Of a stretch of DNA of 64,000 bases, positions 40,101 to 51,494 are shown one piece after another. Location of the stretch: positions 136,338,001 to 136,402,000 of the forward strand of contig NC_043000.1 in assembly GCF_006345805.1 (NCBI RefSeq). Direction: 5' to 3'. The notes beneath the pieces were generated by a model, which was not told where the DNA came from, searched no databases, and saw only the letters and a program-made list of their open reading frames with translations. Source of the stretch: Octopus sinensis. Its lineage: Eukaryota. Numbering within the stretch: the first letter of the stretch is position 1; each line of letters opens with the position of its first letter. The position numbers and the translations under genes are program-made.

Positions 40101-40300
40101 ATATATATATATAATTTGGCATATATATATAATTTGCATACATATATACATAATTTGCATACATAATAACATAATTTGCATACCTATATACATAATTTGC
40201 ATACATATATACATAATTTGCATACATATTATACATAATTTGTATATATATTTATATAATTTGTATATATATATATTATATATTATATATATATTTAATT

Positions 40301-40305
<5 letters not shown>
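37140..40305. repeat. ~3.2-kb satellite of ~17-25-bp units, ATAATTTGCAT + (AT)n
   Basis: Direct reading; interrupted by a SINE at 38306-38525. Confidence 0.95.
38306..38525 (-). mobile_element. Chimeric SINE: family A head fused to the family B/CR1-type tail plus poly(A)
   Basis: Minus strand: ATGGCCCAGTGGTTAGGGCAGCGG...GTACTCTTTCACCACTCT-AAAGGCGGTGCTCCAGCATGGCCGCAGTCAAATGACTGGAACAAGTAC-An. Confidence 0.85.
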
Positions 40306-40337
<32 letters not shown>

Positions 40338-40346
40338 CGAAGACAC

Positions 40347-40873
40347 CAGTGAGTGCCATGGCGACCAGAGCGAGCTCTGAGCGCCATCGGGCTCACTGTC
40401 CACGGCCACGGGACAACAGTGAGCGCCAGGTGACCAGAGCTCGCTCTGAGCGCCATTGGGCTCACTGTCCACGGCCACGAGACAACAGTGAGCGCCATGG
40501 CGTCCAGATCTCGCTCTGAGTGCCATTGGGCTCACTGTCCACGGCCACGAGACAACAGTGAGCGCCATGGCGACCAGAGCTCGCTCTGAGCGCCATTGGG
40601 CTCACTGTCCACGGCCACGAGACAACAGTGAGCGCCATGGCGTCCAGAGCTCGCTCTGAGTGCCATTGGGCTCACTGTCCACGGCCACGAGACAACAGTG
40701 AGCGCCATGGCGACCAGAGCTCGCTCTGAGCGCCATTGGGCTCACTGTCCACGGCCACGAGACAACAGTGAGCGCCATGGCGACCAGAGCTCGCTTTGAG
40801 CGCCATTGGGCTCACTGTCCACGGCCACGAGACAACAGTGAGCGCCATGGCGACCAGAGCTCGCTCTGAGCGC
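40347..40873. repeat. 70-bp GC-rich (64%) VNTR, about 7.5 copies, built of palindromes
   Basis: Unit GAGCGCCATGGCGACCAGAGCTCGCTCTGAGCGCCATTGGGCTCACTGTCCACGGCCACGAGACAACAGT. Confidence 0.95.
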
Positions 40874-41076
40874 TATGACGACGTTCTCTCCACTATAAAC
40901 GGGTGGCTTCTCTTGGCTTGGCTTGGCTTGGCTTGGCTTGGCTTGGCTTTGCTTTGCTTTGCTTTGCTTTGCTTTTGAAGGAGAGCAAGAAGAATTTTAA
41001 TTACATAGAGAACTATAGCATGACGGCAGCATATAAGAAAAACAACTCTTCCCCAGTTGTTGGCAGTTTTACTTAC

Positions 41077-41237
41077 TCCGCATCGCAACAAGATGTGTCT
41101 TCGTCAAAGCAACTGCTCCCCCGAAGCAAATTAGATAAAATTTGAGATATGTGGAACGTCAAAGCTGCTAACAAAATCAGGACAGTAAAAATTTTCGGTA
41201 AGGGCTGTTTAACCCTAACGGGGTGACGTGGTGAACG
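41077..41237 (-). CDS. Candidate exon B of an unidentified gene (RSPRHPVRVKQPLPKIFTVLILLAALTFHISQILSNLLRGSSCFDEDTSCCDA)
   Basis: Acceptor CTTTCTTTCTCCAG, donor GTAAGT, 161 nt, single open frame, phase 0 matches exon A. Confidence 0.5.
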
Positions 41238-41387
41238 CTGGAGAAAGAAAGCTTTGTCAAGCGACAGACGGGAATGCATGAACGAAAAGAAATACATTTA
41301 GAAATAGATCTATAGTTATTGAGGACAGAATTTCTGTTAGAAATAGAGAACTATGAATATTGAATTATGCATAGAGCGCTGACTTAC

Positions 41388-41535
41388 ATTCGGGGCTTCC
41401 AATTTCTCTGTAAAATATAAGATAGTCGCAAAATCATCGCACATGTCGCCATCGATTACAAATGCCGGTGGAAGATAAACGTTCCAGAGGTCATTCTTGT
41501 TCTTTCGTTCGTACAAGTTTCGTATTATGTTTCGG
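41388..41535 (-). CDS. Candidate exon A of an unidentified gene (RNIIRNLYERKNKNDLWNVYLPPAFVIDGDMCDDFATILYFTEKLEAPN)
   Basis: Acceptor TTATTTTAAG, donor GTAAGT, 148 nt, single open frame; 150-nt intron to exon B. Confidence 0.5.
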
Positions 41536-41686
41536 CTTAAAATAAATTATAGATATAAATATAATGTATAGAAATATATAAAAACCCGAATAGAAAATAA
41601 ACGTCTTAGGCATATAAAATGAGATAACATGAGATATCAATGTGTTATAAACTTGAAACTTACTAGAATATCATAGATTATATATA

Positions 41687-44235
41687 TCAAGTCATCCAGT
41701 CAGTTCTGTCCAATTTTACCTTTTTTTTTAGATTTGAATGAAATTTAATAGTATTTGCAAATATCTAATTCAATTAAAAATTATTTTTATGCATTTGTGT
41801 ACGTTTAAACTAATTCAATATTGTTTTACAAAATAATAGACGGTGTCCACAAAGTCTGCGTACATAGGGATTAACACATACTTTTTAAACAAAACAATTT
41901 TATTTAATTATAATGTTAATAAATAATATTTTCAAAGTGATTTCCATCATTTTCAATGCATAACTTGATGCGCCTTGCAAAATTCAGGTGAACTTGATTA
42001 AATAAGTCTACATTGCCATCAATTTCAGCACACTGACTGGTAATGCGTTCTCTCATGTGTTTTAAATCTGTAATCTTTATTGAGTAAACTTTCTCTTTCA
42101 ACATACCCCAGAAAAAGAAATCAAGGGGAGAAAGGTCTGGTGAACGAGGGGACCATTCCATATGACCCCTTCTTCCAATCTAGTGAGGAGGAAAAGTGTC
42201 ATTAAATCAATCTCTAACAGTTGTGGCAAAATGGGTAGGGGCCCCATCCTGCTGAATTTAAGATATTAATTTGTCTCTCAATATATTTGCATAAGTCTCA
42301 TCCGTTACATGTTCAATGAAGAAGGGTCCTAGAACATGAGCTTTCCAAAAACCACACCACACCATCACCTTTTTGCTGTCTTGCTGTTTGGATAGATCCA
42401 TCCAATGTGGATTACCTCGAGACCAGTATAGAAGATTCTGTCTGTTGACCTCACCATTTACATAAAACGTAGCTTTGTCACTGAACAACACAAAGTTTTT
42501 CGTAAAATTGATATTTTCTTCCAATTTATCTGAAAACCATTCGCACGTCTACATTCGTCTATCAGGATCGTCTTCATTTAAGTGATGCAATATCTGTAGG
42601 TTGTATCGATGAAACTTTTCCTCAACCAGCATTTTGTGGATGGTTGGTTTTGGAACACCTAACACCGTAGATGTCCGACGAAGTGATTTTTGGGGGCTAG
42701 CTAGCAGAAACTTTAGCCTCGACAGCCTCTTTAGTTTCATCTGAAGTCTTTGGTCGCCCGGAACGGGGTTTATTCGAAACACTGCCTGTTTCTTTAAATT
42801 TCTTGATCAATTTCCTGACGGCAGTAAAATAAATAGGTTGCCTACAAGGGTGTGGAAGATTAAATTCTTCCGCAATTTTGCGATAAGACCATCCCTCTCG
42901 TCCACTTAATAATACTAACTCGATTCTTTCTTCTTTAGACAGATTCATCATTCGATCTGGGATTCTATCTTCTTTAGACAGAGCCATCATTCGATCATCT
43001 GTAGAAAAAATAATAAATAAATTTAGAAAAGTAAAGTATTTTTTTTTATTTAATTTAAACAAAAGTAAAAAAGGAAAATTATTATTTCTTATATTTATTT
43101 GTTTATGTTATGATTTTATTCCATGTACCCAGACTTCGTGGACACCCTAAAATTGCTTTGATTAAAACCCTTTCAACATGGAAGTATCCAAGGAGCATTT
43201 AAGGCACATATAATTCTTTATGAGTACAATAAAGGTAACTCTGCTGCCGAAGTGACTCGAAACATACACTCAGTTTATGGCAAAGTGCTCGAATGAAAGA
43301 ACTTGCAGGAGATCGTCTGCAAAATTGAAGATGAATATCGAATAGGATGTCCAGTTGAGTTTGACAAGCTCCTTGAGGCATTACTTGAAGAAAATCCGTC
43401 ATTATCAGTTGAAGAATTGGCAATAAAGCTTACTTCAAACCATACAACAGTTCATCGTCATCTTCAACAACGTGGAAAGATTCCTAAACTTGGAAAATAG
43501 GTGCCTTATGTATTGTCTGAAAGCAACCGCAAATCCCGAGTTGGCATCTGCTCTTCTCTCCATTCTCGCAAACTCATTTCACCCTTTTTCGATAGACTTG
43601 TGATGAAAAATGGATTTTCTATCGAAATGTTAGACGTCGTAAACAGTGGCTTGGTAAGAGGGAAAATTCTCAACCACAACCGAGAAGGGAACTTCATGGG
43701 AAAAAGGTTCTCTCTATCTGGTGCGATTGCAAAGGCGTAATTCACTTTATATTGTTACCACCTAATGCAACAATCAATGCTCAAGTCTACTGTCAGCAAT
43801 TAGAGCGTTTGAACCAAGCTTTGAAGGAAAAAAGAGCCGCTTTAGTGAGTCGAAAACGAGTGATGTTTCATCAGGACAATGCGCAACCCCACATTGCAAA
43901 GATCACATCACAGAAGATCGAAGGGGTCGGTTTGGAAAAATTTCTTCATCCAACTTATTCTCCCGACCTTACTCCTTCAGGATACCATTTGTTTCATAGT
44001 TTACAGAATTAGTAGGGGGATACAACTTTCGCAAGCCTGGGGGAGGTCGAACCTGACATTTCAGAGTTCTTCGCTTTGAAACCAAAAGAGTTTTACATTG
44101 ACGGGATTAAAAAGCTTGTAAATAGATGGAAGTAAGTCATAGATAATTAGGGAAAGTACATTGATGATTAAATATAACATTTGATCACTTGTATTCTTTA
44201 TCCAAAATTCAGACAGAACTTATGGGATGACCTGA
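41687..44235 (+). mobile_element. Mariner (DD34D-type) transposon, decayed, carrying a nested rosa element
   Basis: TIR TCAAGTCATCCAGTCAGTTCTGTCC vs AGACAGAACTTATGGGATGACCTGA; transposase remnants at ~43200-44160 (KLGK*VPYVL, FHQDNAQPH, HPTYSPDLTPSGYHLF). Confidence 0.9.
41839..43148 (-). mobile_element. Tc1/mariner DD41D (rosa-type) transposon, decayed
   Basis: TIR GGTGTCCACRAAGTCTGSGTACAT; HTH, LFSDKATF, QQDGAP-(41 aa)-D in WSPRSPDLSPLDFFFWG; contains stops and frameshifts. Confidence 0.9.
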
Positions 44236-44634
44236 GATATATACACTGGCGAAAATATATTTAAGACAGACGATAAAAGTTCTATTTATTACAAAATATT
44301 TTGTTACTAACACCATACAAATTATTTTTATCTTTTACACCTTATGCAAAATTTATTTCGCTTTCGAATAATGCCGATAATAACCATTTTTATACAACTT
44401 GAAGAATTCTAATGCTAAATATAATTTTAATGGAGATAACCTGCAGTATATAGTACAACATTTTTGTCTCCGTATATGAGCTAAGTATTAATAAAATGTG
44501 GTATACGATAAAAATTTCGGATATTTGTCTTAAAACATTCAGACAAGAAAATTCAGATGTAGCACATGAGGTATTATTCCATACGAATATCCACATATTT
44601 ATATTAAGAATTTAATGATAAAAATATAGAAATA

Positions 44635-45201
44635 TTGGGTTGTCCGGAAAGTTCTTGCAGATTTATAGTAGCTTATCTTTCGACTTATTTTAGAACATGT
44701 TTGAGTCCATAAAATAGGATTTGACAACACCTCCATTTGGAGCACAGTTTAATCTATCTTTTCGTGGAAGAAGGTTTATGTTCCAATAACCTGTGTTAAT
44801 TCTGTAACCCTTTAAATTAAAAGATGAGAAAAATTCATTATCGGCATTTGATTCTTTGGGAACCAGACAAACATTGATGCAGCTTCGCTGGGGTGACTTA
44901 CCCCACCCTCCATATTCACCAGATATTACTCCTTCGGATTTCCACTTATTCAGGTCTCTGCAGAATAGTCTTAATGGTGAAAATTTCAATTCCTTAGATG
45001 ATGTAAAAAGATACCTTGATGAATTATTTGCCTTGAAACCACCCCAATTCTGGGAAGAGGGTATTTTTAAGGTAAAGGTAAGATGGAGACGTATTGTGCA
45101 ACGAAATGGTTCAGATTTGGTTCATTAAAAATGTAATGGCAAGTATTTAGTGACCATGTACTTTCCTTTAAAAATCGGAACGAACTTTCTGGACAACCCA
45201 A
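44635..45201 (+). mobile_element. Internally deleted mariner (second family) with TA TSD
   Basis: TIR TTGGGTTGTCCGGAAAGTTC / GAACTTTCTGGACAACCCAA; C-terminal LPHPPYSPDITPSDFHLFRSLQN remnant. Confidence 0.9.
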
Positions 45202-45539
45202 TATAAACATAACAATGAAATACAAATAAAAACATGAAAAATAAAAACCTAAATTGAAAGTGGCGATTAAATTTTTTTCCTAACCTGCAGCCGTTTGTTG
45301 TACGAAGTATTCGAAATTCAGCCCTCCTTTTCGAGGTAAAATCCAGCAGAAAGCAGTAAGGCACTACATGACGAGTATTCAGTTGGTGAAAGTTCTGTTT
45401 TTGAGTATCGATGAATAAGTGTCATTATATCACATCCTGATTTTCAAGAGGATTGCCATGTTTAATTAAGAAATCAAAATCATTTAGTTAATCATGCAAT
45501 TTTGGGAATATTCCATTTTTTACTGATATGATTGATTGA

Positions 45540-48158
45540 TTGATTGATTCTAGTTTCAGCTTATGAGATGTGGCCATGCTGGGGCACCGCCATTTGGTGT
45601 TGCTACTTGGTTTCACTTCACGAAAGCTTTCTAGCAACTGCCATTTGGTGCATGAGAGAGTTCGATGCAGCTGGCTTCATCTGCCCCTCCTGCTGTGAAG
45701 TTGGTTCATCTGGGACACCTGACAGGAAGAGATCCAGCTTCATTTTAAAGACATCTGCATCCACCCCATGCAGGTCTCTCTGGTTCTTCGGGAGGATATT
45801 GAAGAGCTGTGGGCCTCGGAAGCCCAGGCTATCACAGAATCTTGTCCTACATCTTGATGGCAAGTTTGGAGTCCTAGGCACCACGCAGTGGCGCCCAGTT
45901 CTGGCATTTGCGTAACTCTCGATGCCAAAGTTCAGGACACGTCCCTCCAGGATCTTCCAGATGTATATTATGGCATATCTTTCCCGCCTACGCTCCAGGG
46001 AATATAGTTTTAATCTCTTGAGTCTTTCCCAGTAGCTTACATTCTGCATAGAGGCTATCTTCTTCGTGTAGCTACGTTGGATCGCCTCGAGCTCTGTGAT
46101 CAACTTGACACTGGATGGTGACCATAACTGAGAGCAGTAGTCAAAGTGGCTTAGGACAAGTGTCCTCCAGAGGACCATCATGGTTTCTTGTTCTCTTGTT
46201 CTAAAGGTTCTGAGGATCCATCCGGCCAGTCGTCTACATTTCATTGCCAATTTAGCAACATGTACACGAAAGGTCGCGTCATCACTCATGTAAATACCTA
46301 GGTCACGCACTGATTGTGCCTCTGGGATTGCTATTCCTCCGGGTCCAGTGTATTCATTGGGTATTGCATTTAGTTTTGCATGCTGATAGTATAGAGCTTG
46401 AAACTTTTCAGCATTGAACTGCATGCTATTCTTTTCGGCCCACTTGTATATTTTGTCCAGCTCACATTGCAGGTGTTTAGTGTCCTCAGGGTTCTGTATT
46501 GCCTGTGAAACTTTTGTATCATCTGCATAACTTGTGATCGTGGCTCTCTGCGTGGCTGAGGGCATGTCTGAGAGGGCCATTATGAACAGTAGTGGTCCCA
46601 GAACAGTGCCCTGCGGAACACCGCTCACTATTTGCGTGTTAATGGAAGTGGCATTGGCTACTACCACCTGACTTCTATCTTTCAGAAAGTCATGAAGCCA
46701 TTCTCCCAGTTTTCCAACTATGTTGAGATCACGCAGTTTGTGACATATCATTCCATGATCGACTTTATCAAAGGCCTTTGCAAAGTCGAGATATATCACT
46801 TCCACATTTGAGTGGTTGAGCAGCCGTTTCAGCACCCAGTCATAGTGTTGTAGGAGCTGAGTTAAACAGCTTCTCCCTGGTCGGAAACCATGTTGGGTGT
46901 CGGGCAGCAAGTCATTCTCTTCAAGGAAGGTGATCAGCTTCCTTCTGACTATTCGTTCCATGACCTTGCTGATGTGTGAGGACAGGGAGATAGGTCTATA
47001 GTTCTTGGCTTCCGCTCTGCTACCTCCTTTATGAATGGGGCATATTTTACCTTCCTTCAGTTTTCTTGGAAGTTTGCCAGCTGCAAGGAAGCTCTGAAAG
47101 AGGAACTGCAGTAGTCTTGCTAGGACTCTCTTACATGCTTTTAGGAGGATTGCCGGGAATCCATCGGGGCCAGTAGCTGAGTCTGTTTTCATTTCATCTA
47201 TAGCCTTGATTACATCGTCTTCCTTTATATCGATGTAATCTATCGTCGCCGCTTCTGATTTTATATCTGCAGTGGTAAAAAAGTCAGTTGGATTGGTGAT
47301 TTGGAGATGCCCAAGGGGTGGAGTGAAAACACTCTTGAATTGCTCATTCAGTATTTCACTTACCCTCATTGGTTTTCCTGTAAGTGTGCCATCCTTTTCG
47401 AGGAGTGGCCCTATTCTACAGTGCACCGTAGCTGTTTCTTTGGCATACCTGTAGAAAGCTCTGGGGTTAGATTTTATGTTGTCTATAGCCCAGGCTTCTT
47501 TGTCTGCTCTTTCTTTTTCATGGGAGAGTTGCAGACATTTTCGATTTCCAACAGTTTTATTTTTAGGCGGGACTTTTCACTGCTTTCAATCTGTTTGTTT
47601 AGGCGATTTGAAAATTTTGTACGCCGTCTCATTAAAATTTTCCTCTCTCTGGGGATTTTGTTCTTGTGTACAGTGGCCTTTCTCTCTGGGACACATTTGT
47701 AGCATATGGCTTGCATTACAGACATGAATTGTTGAAGTTTCACGTCGATGTCTGGCGAGGAGAGACATTTAGGCCAGTTTTGTTTGAGGATCTCTTTCTC
47801 AATTTGTTTCCAGTTTGCCTTATGGTAGTTCAAGCTGGAAAGATTCTGAGGGTTTCTTGTAGGCTGCATGTCCGTGCTCTCTTTTGGCCCGTACATGGTC
47901 AGCTCTATCATGTTGTGATCCGAGAGTAGTGTCGGTGTCACTTTCACATTATGGATGAGATCCATGTCATTTGTGAAGCAGAGATCCAGTGTGTTACCTG
48001 CCCTGGTTGGTTGGAGTATTACCTGCTCCATGTACAGGGTGTTGATGAGGTTCAGGAGGGACCTCGTCTGTCCTCATTCACATCTTGTCATTCCCGGGAG
48101 AGAAAGGCCCACGGGCTATCTGACATTGGGCAGATTGAAGTCTCCCATATATACTACA
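45540..48158 (-). mobile_element. 5'-truncated CR1-group LINE with partial APE endonuclease, RT and (ATCA)n tail
   Basis: EN motifs GDFNLP, TLDLCFTN, SDHN; one frameshift near 47540; 3' UTR ends GGCGGTGCCCCAGCATGGCCACA..CTGAAACTAGAATCAATCAATC. Confidence 0.93.
45618..47426 (-). CDS. Reverse transcriptase (ORF2 C-terminal 602 aa, open frame)
   Basis: NYRPISL, YLDFAKAFDKVDH, SGVPQGTVLGPLLF, YADDTK, FNAEKFQ, RDLGI; the true start lies upstream beyond a frameshift. Confidence 0.92.
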   Translation of the reverse strand: MHCRIGPLLEKDGTLTGKPMRVSEILNEQFKSVFTPPLGHLQITNPTDFFTTADIKSEAATIDYIDIKEDDVIKAIDEMKTDSATGPDGFPAILLKACKRVLARLLQFLFQSFLAAGKLPRKLKEGKICPIHKGGSRAEAKNYRPISLSSHISKVMERIVRRKLITFLEENDLLPDTQHGFRPGRSCLTQLLQHYDWVLKRLLNHSNVEVIYLDFAKAFDKVDHGMICHKLRDLNIVGKLGEWLHDFLKDRSQVVVANATSINTQIVSGVPQGTVLGPLLFIMALSDMPSATQRATITSYADDTKVSQAIQNPEDTKHLQCELDKIYKWAEKNSMQFNAEKFQALYYQHAKLNAIPNEYTGPGGIAIPEAQSVRDLGIYMSDDATFRVHVAKLAMKCRRLAGWILRTFRTREQETMMVLWRTLVLSHFDYCSQLWSPSSVKLITELEAIQRSYTKKIASMQNVSYWERLKRLKLYSLERRRERYAIIYIWKILEGRVLNFGIESYANARTGRHCVVPRTPNLPSRCRTRFCDSLGFRGPQLFNILPKNQRDLHGVDADVFKMKLDLFLSGVPDEPTSQQEGQMKPAASNSLMHQMAVARKLS

Positions 48159-48214
48159 ATAACAAAGAAATTATTTAAGATTTTAGATTTATGCATAAGT
48201 ATTCTTATGGTTCC

Positions 48215-48500
48215 AAAACGCATGGTTCTCAGTTCAGTCCCACTGTGTGGTATCTTGGCATGTGTCTTCTACTATAGCCTGAGACCAACCAAAGCCTTGT
48301 CAGTGGATTTTGTAGACAGAAACCGAAAGAAATCAATCGTATATATATGTATGTATGTATGTATGTAAGTCTGTGTGTGTGTCTTTGTGTTTCTCTCTCA
48401 TCACTGCTTCACAACTGGTGTTCGTTTATTTACATCCCCATAACATACTGGTTTCACAAGAAGAAAGTGATAGAATAAGTACCAGGCTTATCAAAATTTA
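48215..48500 (+). mobile_element. SINE family B, diverged
   Basis: GTTCAGTCCCACTGTGTGG..CTACTATAGCC..CCAAAGCCTTG..GATAGAATAAGTAC. Confidence 0.75.
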
Positions 48501-48601
48501 AAAAAGCTCTACGCAGTGTCTCACATTTTTGTTTGCCCACTCAGTTGTATCTATCAATTTATCTTTGTGTGTGTGTATGTGTACATACATATATATATAT
48601 G

Positions 48602-48678
<77 letters not shown>

Positions 48679-48747
48679 ATTTCGTGGACAGGAACTGAAA
48701 CAAATCAATCGTATATATATGTATATATGTAAGTGTATGTGTTTTAG

Positions 48748-51430
48748 TATTGGCAACATGAATGACAATGGCCAGAGACTACTTGAATTTTGCACATACC
48801 ATAACCTGTGCATCACCAACACATTCTTTCCCAACAAGACATCCCACAAGGCATCTTGGAGACATCCAAGATCTCACCACTGGCATCAGTTGGATCTCAT
48901 CATTACACGAAGATCCTTTCTGAATTCTGTTCAATTGACCCGTAGCGCGGATTGTGACACAGATCATTCACTAATAAGAAGGGTGAGGATTCTGCCTAAA
49001 AAGTCCATCACTCCAAGAAAATGAGCCAACCACGCATTAACACTGCCAGAACCTCGGACTGCGACAATGTTTTGCTGTTTCTATCAAGGTTGCCCTCAGT
49101 AGCTGCCCAACCTCCTCTGCTGAAAGTAGGTGGAATTATATCAAGGAAGCTTCGTATACCACATCAATAGATACTTTCGGAATGAGAGAAAGGTAAAACC
49201 CAGATTTTGTTCAGTGATGGGCTCTCAGAGCTGGAAACAGTTATCGAAGCAAAGCGTGCAGCTCTGATGCAATACAAGAGTGTTTCTTCTACAAAGTCAC
49301 TCGAAGAACTCAGAAAGGCAAGAAATAAAACCCAACTCACTGCCAGACGCTGTGCAAATGGGTATTGACAGGAAATCTGTCAGAGTATCCAGTCAGCTGC
49401 TGACAGTGGCGACACCCGTGGGATGTATGCCGGTTTGAAGAAGGCCCTTGGTCCATCCGCAACCACCTCAGCCCCTCTGAAATCAACTACTGGAGATCTC
49501 ATCAAGGACCAAAGCAAGCAAATGGATACATGGATGGAGTACTACCAGGATCTCTACTCACGAGAGGTAGCTGAGGCAGCAATCGAGGGTGTCAACATCT
49601 TGCCAGTCATGTGTGAACTTGACAGTCTGCCATCTATAGCAGAGCTCACCAAATCTATTGACTCCCTAGTAAGTAACAAGGCTCCGGGAAAAGACGGCAT
49701 CCCCTTAGAGATCATCAAAACCGGCAAAAACATCATCCTGCTTCGGCACATTCATGAGCTTCTGTGTCAGTGCTGGTTAGAGGGTACAGTCCCTCAGAAT
49801 ATGCGGGATGCTAACATCATTACGCTTTACAAAAATAAAAGTGACCGTGATGATTGTAACAATTACCGTGGAATATCTCTTCTAAGCACAGTTGGAAAGG
49901 CCTCTACTCGCATTATCCTGTCCAGGCTGCAACTAATTGCTTCTCGAATTTATCCAGAATCGCGGTGTGGCTTTAGAAGAAGCAGATCAACTATTGACAT
50001 GATATTCTCCATACGCCAACTTCAGAAGTCCAGAGAGCAGAACATGCCATTATATATGGCCTTCATTGATCTGACAAAGGCCTCTTCATCCTGCTCCAAA
50101 AAATCGGATGTTCACCAAAGCTGTTGAGGATCATCAAATCATTCCATGCTAATATGCAAGGCACCATACAGCACAATGGTTCAACATCAGCCGCCTTCCA
50201 AATAAAAAAATGGGGTAGAGCAAGGTTGTGTCCTTGCTCCTACATTATTTGGCATCTTCTCGCTGCTGCTGTCACATGCCTTTGAGACATGAGATGATGG
50301 AGTGTTTCTGCACAGTAGAAGTGATGGGAAACTGTTCAATCTCTCGCGTCTGCGTGCCAAGACCAAAATCTCAGAAGCGTCCTGATCAAGGAGATGCTAT
50401 TTGCTGATGATGCCGCTCTGGTATCACACACAGAAGAAGCCATACGAAGGCTCAGCAACTGTTTTGAGCAAGCATTTGGCAACTTTGGCTTAGTTATCAG
50501 CCTCAAGAAGACCAACATCATGGGTCAGGCTACATCGGACATCCCAAACATACATATTGGAGACCACAGAGTATAGGAGGTGGAGAAGTTTACCTATCTT
50601 GGCTCTACCGTCACCTACAACCTATCCCTTGATGCTGAGCTCAATATACGCATTGGCAAGGCAGCTGCTGTGATGGCCCAAATCACCAAACGCGCATGGG
50701 ACAACAATAAGCTGACCAAGACCACAAAAATGAAGATTTACCAGGCATGTGTACTTAGCACTCTACTGTATGACTTTGACGCCATACACACGCCATACGA
50801 CGCCATATGTCGCCTAAATATCTTTCACCTGCGCTGTCTCCGGAAAATCCATCGCATCAAATGGCGATGTCCCTAACAAAGAATCATGTCCCTAACAAAG
50901 ATGTCCTCAAGCAAGCAGGAATACCAAGCATGTTTGAACTCTTCACACAAAGACGTATGAGATGGCTTGGACATGTTAGCCGTATGGAAGATGGCAGAAT
51001 CCCCAAGGACATACTCAACGGAGAGCTTGCTAGGGGCACTAGGTCTGTGGGAAGACTGTTCTTACGATACAAGGATGTTTGCAAAAGGGACATGAATGCC
51101 TGCAACATCAATATTACCAACTGGGAAGCAGTTGCCAGCAACCGTGGAGATTGGCGACGTACCGTAAAAGAGGGAACACAAAGGAGTGACATAGTGAGAA
51201 AGGAGAAATGGAAAGACAAGAAAATACGTCAACAAGAAACTATGACATTACAACCAGTCAGGCAAAGTCTTCGCTACATTTACGGCACCTGCCAGAGGGA
51301 GTGTTTGTCCCGGATAGGACTACACAGCCACAGCAAGAGATGTATTAGGACATGAAATGTAAAAGCCGGACTAGATTATTTTATGCGCAACTCCATTGTC
51401 TCCCGAGACAAAAAGGATGCCAACAACAAT
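48748..51430 (+). mobile_element. RTE-clade (BovB-like) LINE, 5'-truncated and frameshifted
   Basis: NDNGQRLLEFC..SWRHPRSHHWHQLD; NYRGISLLS; MLFADDAAL; FTYLGS; RWLGHVSRMEDGRIPK; C-terminal CCHC-like C..C..RIGLHSH..C; 3' end GGATGCCAACAAC. Confidence 0.93.
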
Positions 51431-51494
51431 ATATATGGATTTCGTAGACAGGAACTGTAACAAATAAATCGTATATATATGTATGTAGCTTTTT

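Noticed and set aside
8-40236. Numerous long ORFs rich in Y/I/M/C/V/H/D in the supplied track (e.g. 8-349, 2202-3095, 3367-4061, 37117-40236)
   Set aside because: They are translations of micro- and minisatellites, open in several frames at once, with no domain content.
40347-40873. CRISPR-like palindromic 70-bp array
   Set aside because: The whole unit is repeated and there are no variable spacers.
41410-41480. VIDGDMCDDF resembles the VIDGDLCEQF motif recalled from the SF3B3/CPSF_A C-terminus
   Set aside because: The match is short and the flanks do not align, so no gene name was assigned; an HMM search would be needed.
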